Below are positions 49,357 through 58,341 of a stretch of DNA of 64,000 nucleotides, piece by piece. Position 1 is the first letter of the stretch. Each line of letters opens with the position of its first letter. The translations under genes and the position numbers were made by a program. The notes beneath the pieces are model-generated. The model was not told the DNA's origin. It saw only the letters and a list, made by a program, of their open reading frames with translations, and ran no database searches. Origin of the DNA: Acidimicrobiaceae bacterium (GTDB lineage: Bacteria; Actinomycetota; Acidimicrobiia; Acidimicrobiales; Aldehydirespiratoraceae); contig JAPPMP010000026.1 in the NCBI GenBank assembly GCA_028819005.1, positions 96-64,095 of the forward strand. Reading direction: 5' to 3'.

Positions 49357-50157
49357 GTGTCGGTTGAGGATTCAACCCCGACGCCGGGCAGCCGGGTGTT
49401 GCTGGCCTTCGCCGCGATGTTCGCGGGGATCGTGGCGTCCGCGTTGGCAGGGGGGATCGTTGTCGGCGCCGCTGGTTGGGATTTCGACGTCCCTTCGGGT
49501 CTGGGCGACGATTTCGGCCGTGTAGCGGGGCAGGTGGCAGCCGAGGCTGCTCTCGGCCACAACCGTGTTCCCCTCGTGGCTCGAGTGCTGCTGGCAGTGC
49601 CGTTGTGGGCTTGTCTGCTTGGGGTTCCGTGGCTTGCCTCTCGCCGCAAGAAGCTCGATTTGCGTCGGGATTTCGGCTGGGGCGTGACAGGACGCGACGT
49701 CGGCGTCGGTCTCTTGGCGGGGATCGGCACGCAGGCTCTGCTCCTTCCTCTGATCTATATGCCGATTCTCCGGTACATGGACAGCGATGCTCTCGAAGCG
49801 CCGGCTCGTAATCTCGTCGCCTCGGCCAACTCGTCGTTGGGAGTTTTGGCGCTTGTGGTCCTCACGGTGGTGGGGGCGCCTATTGCTGAGGAGTTCTTGT
49901 ATCGGGGTCTGCTTCATCGGGGTTTGGCGGACAAGTTCGCCCGTCGTGGACGGATCGGCACGGTGTTGGCGGTCCTTGGATCTTCAACGGTGTTCGCTGC
50001 TTCGCATTTTCAACTTCTTCAGTTTCCGGGGTTGTTGGCAGTGGGCATAGTTGCCGCAGCTGGGTTCGAGATCACGGGTCGTTTGGGCACCGCTGTATGG
50101 ATCCATGTGGGATTCAATGCGACCAGCGTGGTTGTCCTGCTTCGACAACTCGCCTAG
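49357..50157 (+). CDS. CPBP family intramembrane glutamic endopeptidase (CAAX protease-like)
   Basis: Motif 1 APIAEEFLYRGLL, motif 2 FAASHF, polytopic. Confidence 0.8.
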   Translation: MSVEDSTPTPGSRVLLAFAAMFAGIVASALAGGIVVGAAGWDFDVPSGLGDDFGRVAGQVAAEAALGHNRVPLVARVLLAVPLWACLLGVPWLASRRKKLDLRRDFGWGVTGRDVGVGLLAGIGTQALLLPLIYMPILRYMDSDALEAPARNLVASANSSLGVLALVVLTVVGAPIAEEFLYRGLLHRGLADKFARRGRIGTVLAVLGSSTVFAASHFQLLQFPGLLAVGIVAAAGFEITGRLGTAVWIHVGFNATSVVVLLRQLA

Positions 50158-50163
50158 CGACAA

Positions 50164-50254
50164 CCGTGGTCTGAGCGGCCGTCGAGAGCAGCGAGTGGGA
50201 GCGGGCGACCCGTGGTCTGAGCGGCCGTCGAGAGCAGCGAGTGGGAGCGGGCGA
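50164..50254. repeat. 46-bp direct tandem duplication (2 copies, 45 identical nt) in the intergenic region
   Basis: CCGTGGTCTGAGCGGCCGTCGAGAGCAGCGAGTGGGAGCGGGCGA occurs at 50164 and 50210. It begins 7 nt after the CPBP stop. Confidence 0.95.
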
Positions 50255-50290
50255 TGGAGCGCAGCCAACAAGATGGCACAATGAAGCGCC

Positions 50291-53200
50291 ATGAACGAAG
50301 AGTCCGCGCGTCCCTCGCTACTTGCGCGGTCCTCCGAGGCCGGGCGTTCGCTGGTGGCGCGTCTGTCGATCCCGAAACAGTCAGTCGATGTGCAAGCGAT
50401 ATTCACTGCCGCTGTCGTCGGCGGGGTCACTCTGTTCGTTGTCTGGAACCTCTCACCCTGGTTGTGGTTCACAGACACGACTCCGACGGGTGGAGACCTG
50501 GGGGCCCACGTCTGGGCGCCTGCCTACCTGCGCGACGAGCTTCTGCCGAATTTTCGGCTGACGGGCTGGTCGCCTGATTGGTATGGGGGATTTCCGGCGT
50601 TCACGTTCTACATGGTCGTCCCCTCGCTGTTGATAGTGATCGTCAACGTCGGGTTGGACATATCAATAGACCTGCTCTCGGCAATCGGTGTTGCTCTTGG
50701 GGCTTTTCTTGTTTCGGGCAGGTTCTGGGCGGAACGGGCCTCGAAGGCGATTGTGGCACTTGGATTCGGCGTCGGAAGCGCACTATTCGGAGCTGTTGCC
50801 GACGGCCGGGTTTTTGCCACCGACTGGTTGGGGTGGTCGCCTCTTGAGCCGGTCGCGTTCAACGACACGTCGGCGGACCTGGCGATAGTTGCGCTGTTGC
50901 TTCCCGCCGCGGTCGGCACGGTCGTGTGGTCCCGGGTGGCCTCAGTCGAGCGTTGGCGTGCTCCCATCACCGCGGGCGCGGTTCTCGGGACAGCCCTGGT
51001 CGTTCCGGTTCCCTACGGCGTCGCCATGAAGTTGGTGGTGATCGCCGGAATCGTTGCGCTCCCGGCCTCGGCATATTTCGCGGGCCGTTTGAGTGGTTTG
51101 GCGTTTCCAGGGCCCGCACTGCTGGCGTTGATGGCCTTGCCGTTCATCTTCGACCGTTCCTTCAACATCTACGGAGGGAACCTGATGTCGACGATGGCCG
51201 GCGAGTTCGCTTACAGCCTTGCGTTGTCGGTTTCGCTGCTGTTCATCGGGTACGCGGCGCGGGGATTGAGCACTGGCCAGGACCGCGGCGCGGCCGCGGT
51301 GCTGCTGGCCCTGACGGGGCTGCTCCACTTGTTTGCAGCATTCTTTGCTCTCGTGGCGTTGTCTGCAATGCTGCTTGTGCGGCTCGGTCGACGCGAGATC
51401 GCTTGGGTGGCGGTCGTGGGTCCGCTCGCCGCGCTGCTGTCGGCGTTCTGGGTGTTGCCCTTTGCGTGGAATGTCCGGTACCTCAACGACATGGGTTGGG
51501 GCAAGGAACGTCGCTATGCGGCAGCGCTGTGGCATCGGGGCGACAATCTCGGTGATCAGGATTTCCTGGTCAACGACCTGCCCCTGCAGGTGTTCGTTGT
51601 TCTCGCGGTCGCTGGCGCGGTGATCTGTGCGGTGCGCCGGGTTCGCTTCGGGCTCGTGTTGAGCCTCGTGGCTGCGATCTTCGCAGTTGCTTTTGTGCTG
51701 CTTCCGGAGAGCCGGCTCTGGAACGTGCGGATTCTGCCGTTCTATTACCTGTCGATCTATCTGCTGGCCGGCGTCTCGGTCGCAGAATTCAGCCGGCTCG
51801 GAGTGCGGATGCTCCGACCCGGGCGCGTCGCGTATCCGGCGTATCCGGCGTATCCGGCGTATCCTGCGTCTCTCGAATCTGGGGAATCAGCGGAGCCCGA
51901 CGCGTCGAACGAGCGCGTGGAGCCTCCGCCGGTCGGGGGTTCCGACCCGACGGTGTGGGCAGCCGTTCCGGCAGGGCTGTTCACGGTGTTGATCCTGGCG
52001 GTCCTGGCGTTTCCGCTCAGGTCTGTGCCGTTCGCAACGAACTTCCAGAGGGTCGACGCTTCCGGCGAAGTCGCGAATCTCTATGGTTTCTCGAGCGTGT
52101 TCGGGGTCGGGCCTGTGGGCGGATGGGACGGATTCGCCACTGAGCATCTCAATCACGGTCCCGGTTGGGTTAGATACAATTTCACGGGTTACGAGCAGAA
52201 GCCTGGAACCGTCGAGTACAACGAACTGGTGTCGACCATGGCCGGGGTCGGCGAGGAGTTCGGGTGCGGGCGGTCGCTCTGGGAGTTCGAGCGCGACCGT
52301 CTGGGAACTTACGGCACGACGATGGCCCCGATGCTGTTGCCTCACTGGACCGACGGCTGCATCGGCTCGATGGAGGGACTCTATTTCGAAGCGTCGGCCA
52401 CCACCCCGTACCACTTCCTGCTCCAGTCGGAGCTCTCCGCGAGTCCGTCGCGAGCCCAACGCGATCTGCCCTACTCGCGACTCGACGTCGGCAAAGGCTT
52501 GAGTGGTCTCCAGACGTTGGGCGTGCGCTATTACCTGGCTGTGTCCGAATCGGCGATTGCGCAGGCGCGTGAAATCGATGAGTTCACCGAGATCGCCGGC
52601 AGCGGGCCCTGGGTCGTTTTTCTGGTCGAGGGTCAACAGCTTGCGGTTGGCCTAGAGCATCTGCCCGTTGTGATCGAGGGGTTGGACGCGGGTGGCGAGG
52701 AGTGGCTGGTGCCGACTGTCGCGGCTTGGGAGACCGCCGAAGACATCCCTTTGATCGCAGCCCGCGGCTCCGATGCTTGGCCGCGAGTGTCGCTTGATGA
52801 TCTGGCCCGCGAGAACGTTGATCTAGCCTCTGCTGCGCAAAGCGGTGATCGAGTGTCGGAGATGCGCGCATTGGCTGCCGCGCTGCCCGACTGGCTGCCG
52901 CGTGAGCCGGTTGAACCGGCGAAGGTCGTCGACCTTGCTGCCGACAATGATTCGATCAGCTTCATTGTCGACAGGGTCGGAACGCCGGTGCTGGTGAGAG
53001 CCAGCTATTTCCCGAACTGGACGGCAACCGGCGCCGATGGACCGTTCCGGGTGGCCCCCAATCTGATGGTCGTGGTACCGACGGAATCGTCGGTGGAGTT
53101 GAGCTATACCCGCTCGCCTGTGCAATGGGTCGGGTGGTTCGCCACCCTGGTTGGAATCGCCCTGCTTGTGGTCGTGGTCCGTCGGAGGCGGGGACGCTCC

Positions 53201-54274
53201 GGTGAGGGCGCTGCTCCCTACTGGGATTTAGCGCGCTCGGAAATAGGCAGTCCTTCGAGTTGCAACCCGTTGTTCCCCGAACTTGGCTCGCTTCGCTCCA
53301 CCCCCAGCTCTTGTTCGCTGCGCTCACCGGCCGCTCGGGCGCAGGCGGGCCGCTCGGGCCACGGCCCCGCAGATCAAGCCGTTCCCGCTCGGGAATCCTC
53401 TGCCTGTTCGCAGGGACTCTTGGGCGGCTCTAGCGCGGCGGGATCCACGGCGTCGAGCACCTGCGAAGACGCGACGGATCAGATGGAGATGACGGCGGCT
53501 GAGGCTGATTCCGCGGGTGGTTTGCGGTTGTCTGTTGTGGTGCCTGCGTATTGCGAGGCGCAACGGATCGCATCGACGATTTCTGAGATTCGTGCACAGT
53601 TGGCCCCTCTTTGCGAAACGGGAGATCTGGAGATAGTGGTGGTCGACGATGGGTCGACGGACGGAACTGCCCGCGCCGCTCGTGACGGCGGCGCGGACCT
53701 CGTAGTCGAGTTGCCGATGAATCGTGGCAAGGGCGCGGCGGTGAGGGCCGGGGTGCTGGCGAGCAGGGGCCGCACGGTGGCTTTCACCGACGCTGATCTC
53801 GCCTACTCCCCAGGCCAGCTGTTGTCGATGCTCGCCGCTGTCGAGGCTGGTTGTGACGTTGTGATCGGCAATCGCTACGCGGAGGGCTCCGTCGCCCACG
53901 GCGGAGTATCGGGTGTGCGCCGCCTGGGCAGCCGGACAGTGAACGTGTTTGCTCGGATCCTTCTGTCGGTTAGTCATCGGGACACCCAGTGCGGTTGCAA
54001 GGCGTTTCGATCCGATGCGGCTAGGGCTCTCATGGGGTCCGGGCGGATCGATGGATTCGCTTTCGACATTGAAGTGCTCTTCCTTGCTGAGCGTTACGGG
54101 TTTTCGATAGCTGAAACTCCGGTGACGGTGGTCAACAGCGACTCGTCGACGGTTCGGACTTGGAGCGACGGATTCAAGGTCGCCCGCGACATCGCTTTGA
54201 TCCGGCGACTCGGCAGGCGCGGAGCGTACCGCTCGGCGTGGCGGCCCGACGAGCGGTCGACGCCGACGACGTAG
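50291..54274 (+). CDS. 1327-aa ORF: giant polytopic GT-C/YfhO-like membrane protein joined in frame to a Ppm/Dpm1-like GT2 domain
   Basis: N-terminus TTPTGGDLGAHVWAPAYL followed by many TM segments. YfhO-like tail ASYFPNWTATGADGPFRV, last TM, then RRRRGRSG. An ~90-codon odd linker follows, then LRLSVVVPAYCEA...VVVDDGSTDGT...FTDADL. No in-frame stop lies between the two parts. Confidence 0.6.
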   Translation: MNEESARPSLLARSSEAGRSLVARLSIPKQSVDVQAIFTAAVVGGVTLFVVWNLSPWLWFTDTTPTGGDLGAHVWAPAYLRDELLPNFRLTGWSPDWYGGFPAFTFYMVVPSLLIVIVNVGLDISIDLLSAIGVALGAFLVSGRFWAERASKAIVALGFGVGSALFGAVADGRVFATDWLGWSPLEPVAFNDTSADLAIVALLLPAAVGTVVWSRVASVERWRAPITAGAVLGTALVVPVPYGVAMKLVVIAGIVALPASAYFAGRLSGLAFPGPALLALMALPFIFDRSFNIYGGNLMSTMAGEFAYSLALSVSLLFIGYAARGLSTGQDRGAAAVLLALTGLLHLFAAFFALVALSAMLLVRLGRREIAWVAVVGPLAALLSAFWVLPFAWNVRYLNDMGWGKERRYAAALWHRGDNLGDQDFLVNDLPLQVFVVLAVAGAVICAVRRVRFGLVLSLVAAIFAVAFVLLPESRLWNVRILPFYYLSIYLLAGVSVAEFSRLGVRMLRPGRVAYPAYPAYPAYPASLESGESAEPDASNERVEPPPVGGSDPTVWAAVPAGLFTVLILAVLAFPLRSVPFATNFQRVDASGEVANLYGFSSVFGVGPVGGWDGFATEHLNHGPGWVRYNFTGYEQKPGTVEYNELVSTMAGVGEEFGCGRSLWEFERDRLGTYGTTMAPMLLPHWTDGCIGSMEGLYFEASATTPYHFLLQSELSASPSRAQRDLPYSRLDVGKGLSGLQTLGVRYYLAVSESAIAQAREIDEFTEIAGSGPWVVFLVEGQQLAVGLEHLPVVIEGLDAGGEEWLVPTVAAWETAEDIPLIAARGSDAWPRVSLDDLARENVDLASAAQSGDRVSEMRALAAALPDWLPREPVEPAKVVDLAADNDSISFIVDRVGTPVLVRASYFPNWTATGADGPFRVAPNLMVVVPTESSVELSYTRSPVQWVGWFATLVGIALLVVVVRRRRGRSGEGAAPYWDLARSEIGSPSSCNPLFPELGSLRSTPSSCSLRSPAARAQAGRSGHGPADQAVPARESSACSQGLLGGSSAAGSTASSTCEDATDQMEMTAAEADSAGGLRLSVVVPAYCEAQRIASTISEIRAQLAPLCETGDLEIVVVDDGSTDGTARAARDGGADLVVELPMNRGKGAAVRAGVLASRGRTVAFTDADLAYSPGQLLSMLAAVEAGCDVVIGNRYAEGSVAHGGVSGVRRLGSRTVNVFARILLSVSHRDTQCGCKAFRSDAARALMGSGRIDGFAFDIEVLFLAERYGFSIAETPVTVVNSDSSTVRTWSDGFKVARDIALIRRLGRRGAYRSAWRPDERSTPTT
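51830..51865. repeat. 9-nt in-frame tandem repeat x4 (AYP)
   Basis: GCGTATCC(G/T) x4 encodes AYPAYPAYPAYP in a loop of the giant membrane protein. Confidence 0.95.
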
Positions 54275-54279
54275 CAGGA

Positions 54280-54423
54280 GCGGAGTGTGCCCCCTGTCCC
54301 TGAACGCCTGCGGCGCCCGCCAGTGTCGTGCGGGTCGCGGGGGTGGACGGCGCGGAGTGTGCCTCCTGTCCCTGAACGCCTGCGGCGCCCGCCAGTGTCG
54401 TGCGGGTCGCGGGGGTGGACGGC
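54280..54423. repeat. 72-bp tandem duplication (2 copies, 1 mismatch) in the intergenic region
   Basis: Copies at 54280 and 54352. It begins 6 nt after the stop of the giant ORF and ends 40 nt before ppk2. Confidence 0.95.
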
Positions 54424-54463
54424 GAGTTCACCCGACAGCGTCCAGCGGCTAGCCTGCATGTAG

Positions 54464-55234
54464 ATGAAGACGAAGGAATACGACCGTGAACTGGCTCGTC
54501 TGCAGGAGGAGCTTGTGCGGTTGCAGCGCTGGATCCGTCACAAGGGCCTCAAGGTGGTGGTCATCTTCGAAGGCCGCGACGCGGCAGGCAAGGGCGGGGT
54601 GATCAAGCGGATCACCGAACGGCTCAACCCCCGGGTGGTCCGGGTGGTGGCCCTCGGCACGCCGAGCGATCGCGAGAGGACCCAGTGGTGGTTCCAGCGG
54701 TACGTGGCGGAACTGCCCGCGGCGGGGGAGATGGTGCTGTTCGACCGGAGTTGGTACAACCGCGGCCTTGTCGAGCCGGTCATGGGATTCTGCACCGACG
54801 AGGAGTACAGGGAGTTCCTTCGCTCATGTCCCGGGTTCGAGCGCATGTTGGTGCGGTCGGGGATCGTCTTGATCAAGTACTGGTTCTCGGTTAGCGACGC
54901 CGAACAGGAGCGTCGGTTTCAGAGCCGGATCTCTGATCCGGTCAGGCGCTGGAAGTTGTCGCCGGTCGACCTTGAGGGCCGAGCCCGCTGGGTCGACTTC
55001 TCGAGGGCCAAGGACACCCTGTTCGAGCACACTGACATCAAGCAGGCCCCCTGGTATGTGGTCAATGCCGACTCCAAGAAGAAGGCTCGCTTGAACTGCA
55101 TCTCGCATCTGCTGTCACAGATCCCCTACGAGGCGGTCCCCTGGGAGGACGTCGAACTGCCCGAGCGACAATCGGCGGCGGGTTACGTGAGACCGCCGAT
55201 CTCGGATCAGACTTTCGTGCCCGAGAGGTACTGA
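54464..55234 (+). CDS. ppk2: Polyphosphate kinase 2
   Basis: VVIFEGRDAAGKGG (Walker A), DRSWYNR and the lid region are typical of single-domain PPK2. 256 aa. Confidence 0.9.
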   Translation: MKTKEYDRELARLQEELVRLQRWIRHKGLKVVVIFEGRDAAGKGGVIKRITERLNPRVVRVVALGTPSDRERTQWWFQRYVAELPAAGEMVLFDRSWYNRGLVEPVMGFCTDEEYREFLRSCPGFERMLVRSGIVLIKYWFSVSDAEQERRFQSRISDPVRRWKLSPVDLEGRARWVDFSRAKDTLFEHTDIKQAPWYVVNADSKKKARLNCISHLLSQIPYEAVPWEDVELPERQSAAGYVRPPISDQTFVPERY

Positions 55235-55291
55235 GCGCAGCCGTTCACTCCGATGCGCTCGCGTAGCCGCGCATGTTCTAGATTGCGCTGG

Positions 55292-56635
55292 ATGGGCTCG
55301 GATTTAGACGCGATCTTCAAGGCTTACGACGTCCGCGGCACTGTCCCGGACCAGTTCGACGCAGACGGCGCGAAAGCGATCGGCGGGGCGTTCGCCCGGT
55401 TCGTTCGGGCCAGGGGGGATCGGTCGATTCTGGTCGGCCGCGACATGCGGCCCGAGGGTGAAGAGTTGGCGGCGGCCTTCGCAGCCGGAGCGATGGACCA
55501 CGGAGTCGATGTGGTCGACGTCGGGTTGTGCGCCACCGACATGATGTATTACGGGTCGGGTCACCTGGGCATTCCAGGAGCGGTTCTCACGGCCTCGCAC
55601 AACCCGGCGGGCTACAACGGAATCAAGATGTGCCTTGCCCATGCCGCGCCCATCGGCGAGGACGGTGGGCTCGGAGATATCAAGCAGATGGCGATTTCCG
55701 GCCCTGACCCTGCAGGCAGGCCTGGCACTGGCTCCGAACTCGACATCCTCGAGGGGTATGTCGCCCATGTGCGCTCCTTCGTCGACCTTGACGCTCTCAA
55801 GCCGCTGCGAGTGGTGGCCGATACGGCCAACGGGATGGGAGGTTTGGTCGTCCCGCCGGTATTTGCGGGACTGCCGTTTGAACTCGACCACATGTACCCG
55901 GAGCTCGACGGCACATTCCCGAACCATCCGGCTGATCCCATTCAGCCCGAGAACTGCGAGGATCTCGCAGAAATGGTGCTGCTGAACGGGGCGGACATCG
56001 GACTGGCCTTCGACGGTGATGCGGATCGGGTGTTCCTCATCGACGAGAACGCCCGGGCTGTGTCGGGGTCGTTGACGACCGCCATGGTCGCGCGCTCGAT
56101 TCTGGCTCGTGAACCGGGCGCGCTCATTGTCCACAACCTGATCTGCTCCAAGACCGTGCCCGAGGTCATCGCCGAGGGGAACGGCACGGCTGTGCGGACA
56201 CGAGTCGGCCATTCGTTCATCAAGCAGGTGATGCTCGAGACTGGGGCCGCTTTCGGCGGCGAGCACTCGGGTCACTACTACTTCCGCGACAACTTCGGAG
56301 CCGACAGCGGATTGATCGCCGCATTGGTGGTGCTTGAAGCGTTGAGTGGGCATTCGGCCGGTCTTTCCGATCTTGTCTCGGAGCTGGATCGCTATGCAGT
56401 TTCCGGCGAGATCAACACGAAGGTGGATGATCCGGCTGCGGTGATCGACAGAGTGGCCGGTGCTTTCTCCGGAGCCGACCAAGATCGTATGGACGGCCTC
56501 ACGGTCGACCTCGGAGATTGGTGGTTCAACTTGCGTCCGTCCAACACTGAGCCGCTGCTTCGTCTCAACCTGGAAGCGGGAACCCAAGAAGATGTTGATC
56601 TCCGCGTGCAGGAAGTTCTGGCCCTGTTCGCCTAG
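55292..56635 (+). CDS. manB: Phosphomannomutase / phosphoglucomutase
   Basis: FKAYDVRG, phosphoserine loop TASHNPAGYNGIK, metal loop FDGDADRVF, GEHSGHY. Start at ATG 55292. Confidence 0.9.
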   Translation: MGSDLDAIFKAYDVRGTVPDQFDADGAKAIGGAFARFVRARGDRSILVGRDMRPEGEELAAAFAAGAMDHGVDVVDVGLCATDMMYYGSGHLGIPGAVLTASHNPAGYNGIKMCLAHAAPIGEDGGLGDIKQMAISGPDPAGRPGTGSELDILEGYVAHVRSFVDLDALKPLRVVADTANGMGGLVVPPVFAGLPFELDHMYPELDGTFPNHPADPIQPENCEDLAEMVLLNGADIGLAFDGDADRVFLIDENARAVSGSLTTAMVARSILAREPGALIVHNLICSKTVPEVIAEGNGTAVRTRVGHSFIKQVMLETGAAFGGEHSGHYYFRDNFGADSGLIAALVVLEALSGHSAGLSDLVSELDRYAVSGEINTKVDDPAAVIDRVAGAFSGADQDRMDGLTVDLGDWWFNLRPSNTEPLLRLNLEAGTQEDVDLRVQEVLALFA

Positions 56636-56673
56636 GCGCCCGTCAGCGCTCGGTTTCTGGTTGACTGGGACGC

Positions 56674-56913
56674 ATGACCCTCGACATTCGCCTCCTTGAG
56701 ATTCTGGCCTGTCCCATCGACCGTGGGCCGCTGCTCTATTTCGCCGACGAAGAAATGCTCTACAACCCGCGTCTTCAGAAGCAATACCGCATTCATGAAG
56801 GCGACATACCGGTGATGCTGCCCGAGGAGGCAAGCGATGTGGGCGCCGAGGAACATTCACGTCTGCTGGCCAAAGCCGAGGCGGAGGGCGTCGCTTCGAC
56901 GCCTGGGAGCTGA
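56674..56913 (+). CDS. Trm112-family small protein
   Basis: LLEILACPIDRGPLLY ... IHEGDIPVMLPEEA. 79 aa. Confidence 0.75.
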   Translation: MTLDIRLLEILACPIDRGPLLYFADEEMLYNPRLQKQYRIHEGDIPVMLPEEASDVGAEEHSRLLAKAEAEGVASTPGS

Positions 56914-57060
56914 CCGCTGCCATGCCCTCTCCAGGATTGCTTGAGGCTGTGGCGCGTTTGCCTGGCCAGGTGCGCGACATGGCTGTCGCGGCCTCCTGTG
57001 CCCGTGGCCTTCCCGATCGGTGTACGACGGTGCCGGCTGAATGGTGATCGGCTCGCTGGC

Positions 57061-58233
57061 ATGGTGCTGATCGATGGTGCGCTAAAGAACTACGACTGGG
57101 GCTCGGTCACGGCGATCCCTGAGTTGCTGGGAAGGGGGGCGACCGGTGAACCCGTGGCTGAGCTGTGGTTCGGGGCTCATCCCTCTGGGCCGGCCGTGGT
57201 TCGCGCATCGGACATTCCGCTCGATGAACACATAGAGGCTGACCCGGTTGCCGCTCTCGGCGCCGCGGTTGCCGATGAATTCGGTTCGCTTCCCTTCTTG
57301 TTGAAGGTGTTGGCCGCGGGGTCCCCGTTGTCGTTGCAAGCGCATCCGTCCACCGCGCAGGCTTGCGCGGGTTTCGAGCGCGAGGAGTCGCTGGGCATTG
57401 ACCGCAACGGCGAGAATCGCTGTTTTCGTGACAGGCGGCACAAACCGGAGTTGATCTGCGCTCTGAGCGAGTTCAGCGCTCTTTGCGGTTTCCGCGAGCC
57501 CGCAGAGTCGCTTGGGCTGTTGGCCACGATTCCGACTGAGGCTCTTGATCCGGTCAGGGCTCGGCTCACCGCCGAGCCGTCGTCTGAAGGCGTCCGCGGT
57601 CTCCTGCAATGGTTGCTGTCGCACAGCAGAGAGTCCGCCGCTGATCTGGTCGAGTCGGTAGTGTCGGCTTGTCTGGGCGAGTCCTCGCTGCCGTTCGCGG
57701 CTGAGCGGGAGATGGTGGTGGAATTGGGCCGCAGGTATCGCGGCGATCCGGCAGTGGTGGTCGCACTGCTGTTGAACCTGGTGACGCTGCAGCCGGGCGA
57801 GACGATCTTCTTCGGGCCGGGCAACCTGCACGCCTATCTGCGGGGCACGGGCGTGGAACTCATGGCCAACTCCGACAATGTCGTGCGGGCCGGTCTGACG
57901 ACCAAGCACGTAGATGTGGCAACGCTGCTCGACATCGTTGACACGACGCCGATGGCTGTTGATGTGCAGCGGCCGTCGGCCGTCGACGGCGTGGTCAGCT
58001 ATCGAAGCCCCGTTCCGGAGTTCTCACTCCAGCGGATTGATCTGAATGGTGTAATCCAGATTGAACCGGGGCCGGCGATTCTGCTGTGTGCCTCGGGTCG
58101 CGCGCATATTGAAGGCGAAGCCGCCCGACAACCCTTGCCCCGCGGCTCAGCCGCTTGGATGCCTGCCTCTGACGGACCGGCGCACTTGAACGGCACCGCA
58201 ACCCTGTTCCGCGCAGGTCTCGGCCCCGCTTAG
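57061..58233 (+). CDS. manA: Mannose-6-phosphate isomerase, class I
   Basis: YDWGS near the N-terminus, ELWFGAHPSGP, zinc-site LSLQAHPS, ELMANSDNVVRAGLT. Start at ATG 57061. Confidence 0.85.
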   Translation: MVLIDGALKNYDWGSVTAIPELLGRGATGEPVAELWFGAHPSGPAVVRASDIPLDEHIEADPVAALGAAVADEFGSLPFLLKVLAAGSPLSLQAHPSTAQACAGFEREESLGIDRNGENRCFRDRRHKPELICALSEFSALCGFREPAESLGLLATIPTEALDPVRARLTAEPSSEGVRGLLQWLLSHSRESAADLVESVVSACLGESSLPFAAEREMVVELGRRYRGDPAVVVALLLNLVTLQPGETIFFGPGNLHAYLRGTGVELMANSDNVVRAGLTTKHVDVATLLDIVDTTPMAVDVQRPSAVDGVVSYRSPVPEFSLQRIDLNGVIQIEPGPAILLCASGRAHIEGEAARQPLPRGSAAWMPASDGPAHLNGTATLFRAGLGPA

Positions 58234-58256
58234 ATTTTCGGCCCATAGGATGGGGC

Positions 58257-58311
58257 GCGGGCACAGCAGGGATGGTGCCAGTCGACCCGTGCCCGCTCGT
58301 TTCCGTCTTTT
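58257..58311 (+). terminator. Candidate intrinsic terminator after manA
   Basis: GCGGGCAC (58257..58264) pairs with GTGCCCGC (58289..58296), and inner GGG/CCC pairing is possible. It is followed by the T-rich TCGTTTCCGTCTTTT. The loop is long, so confidence is modest. Confidence 0.35.
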
Positions 58312-58341
58312 AGGCACGTCGTTGTATAGGAGTGTTGTTCG

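Noticed and set aside
58234-58341. Possible SAH riboswitch in the leader of ahcY
   Set aside because: The spacer has a GCGGGCAC/GTGCCCGC hairpin and a T-rich tail. I could not find the conserved SAH-element core strings (GAGGAGCGC ... AACGGCGCUC-like pairing). The hairpin is better explained as the manA terminator. A covariance-model scan would settle this.
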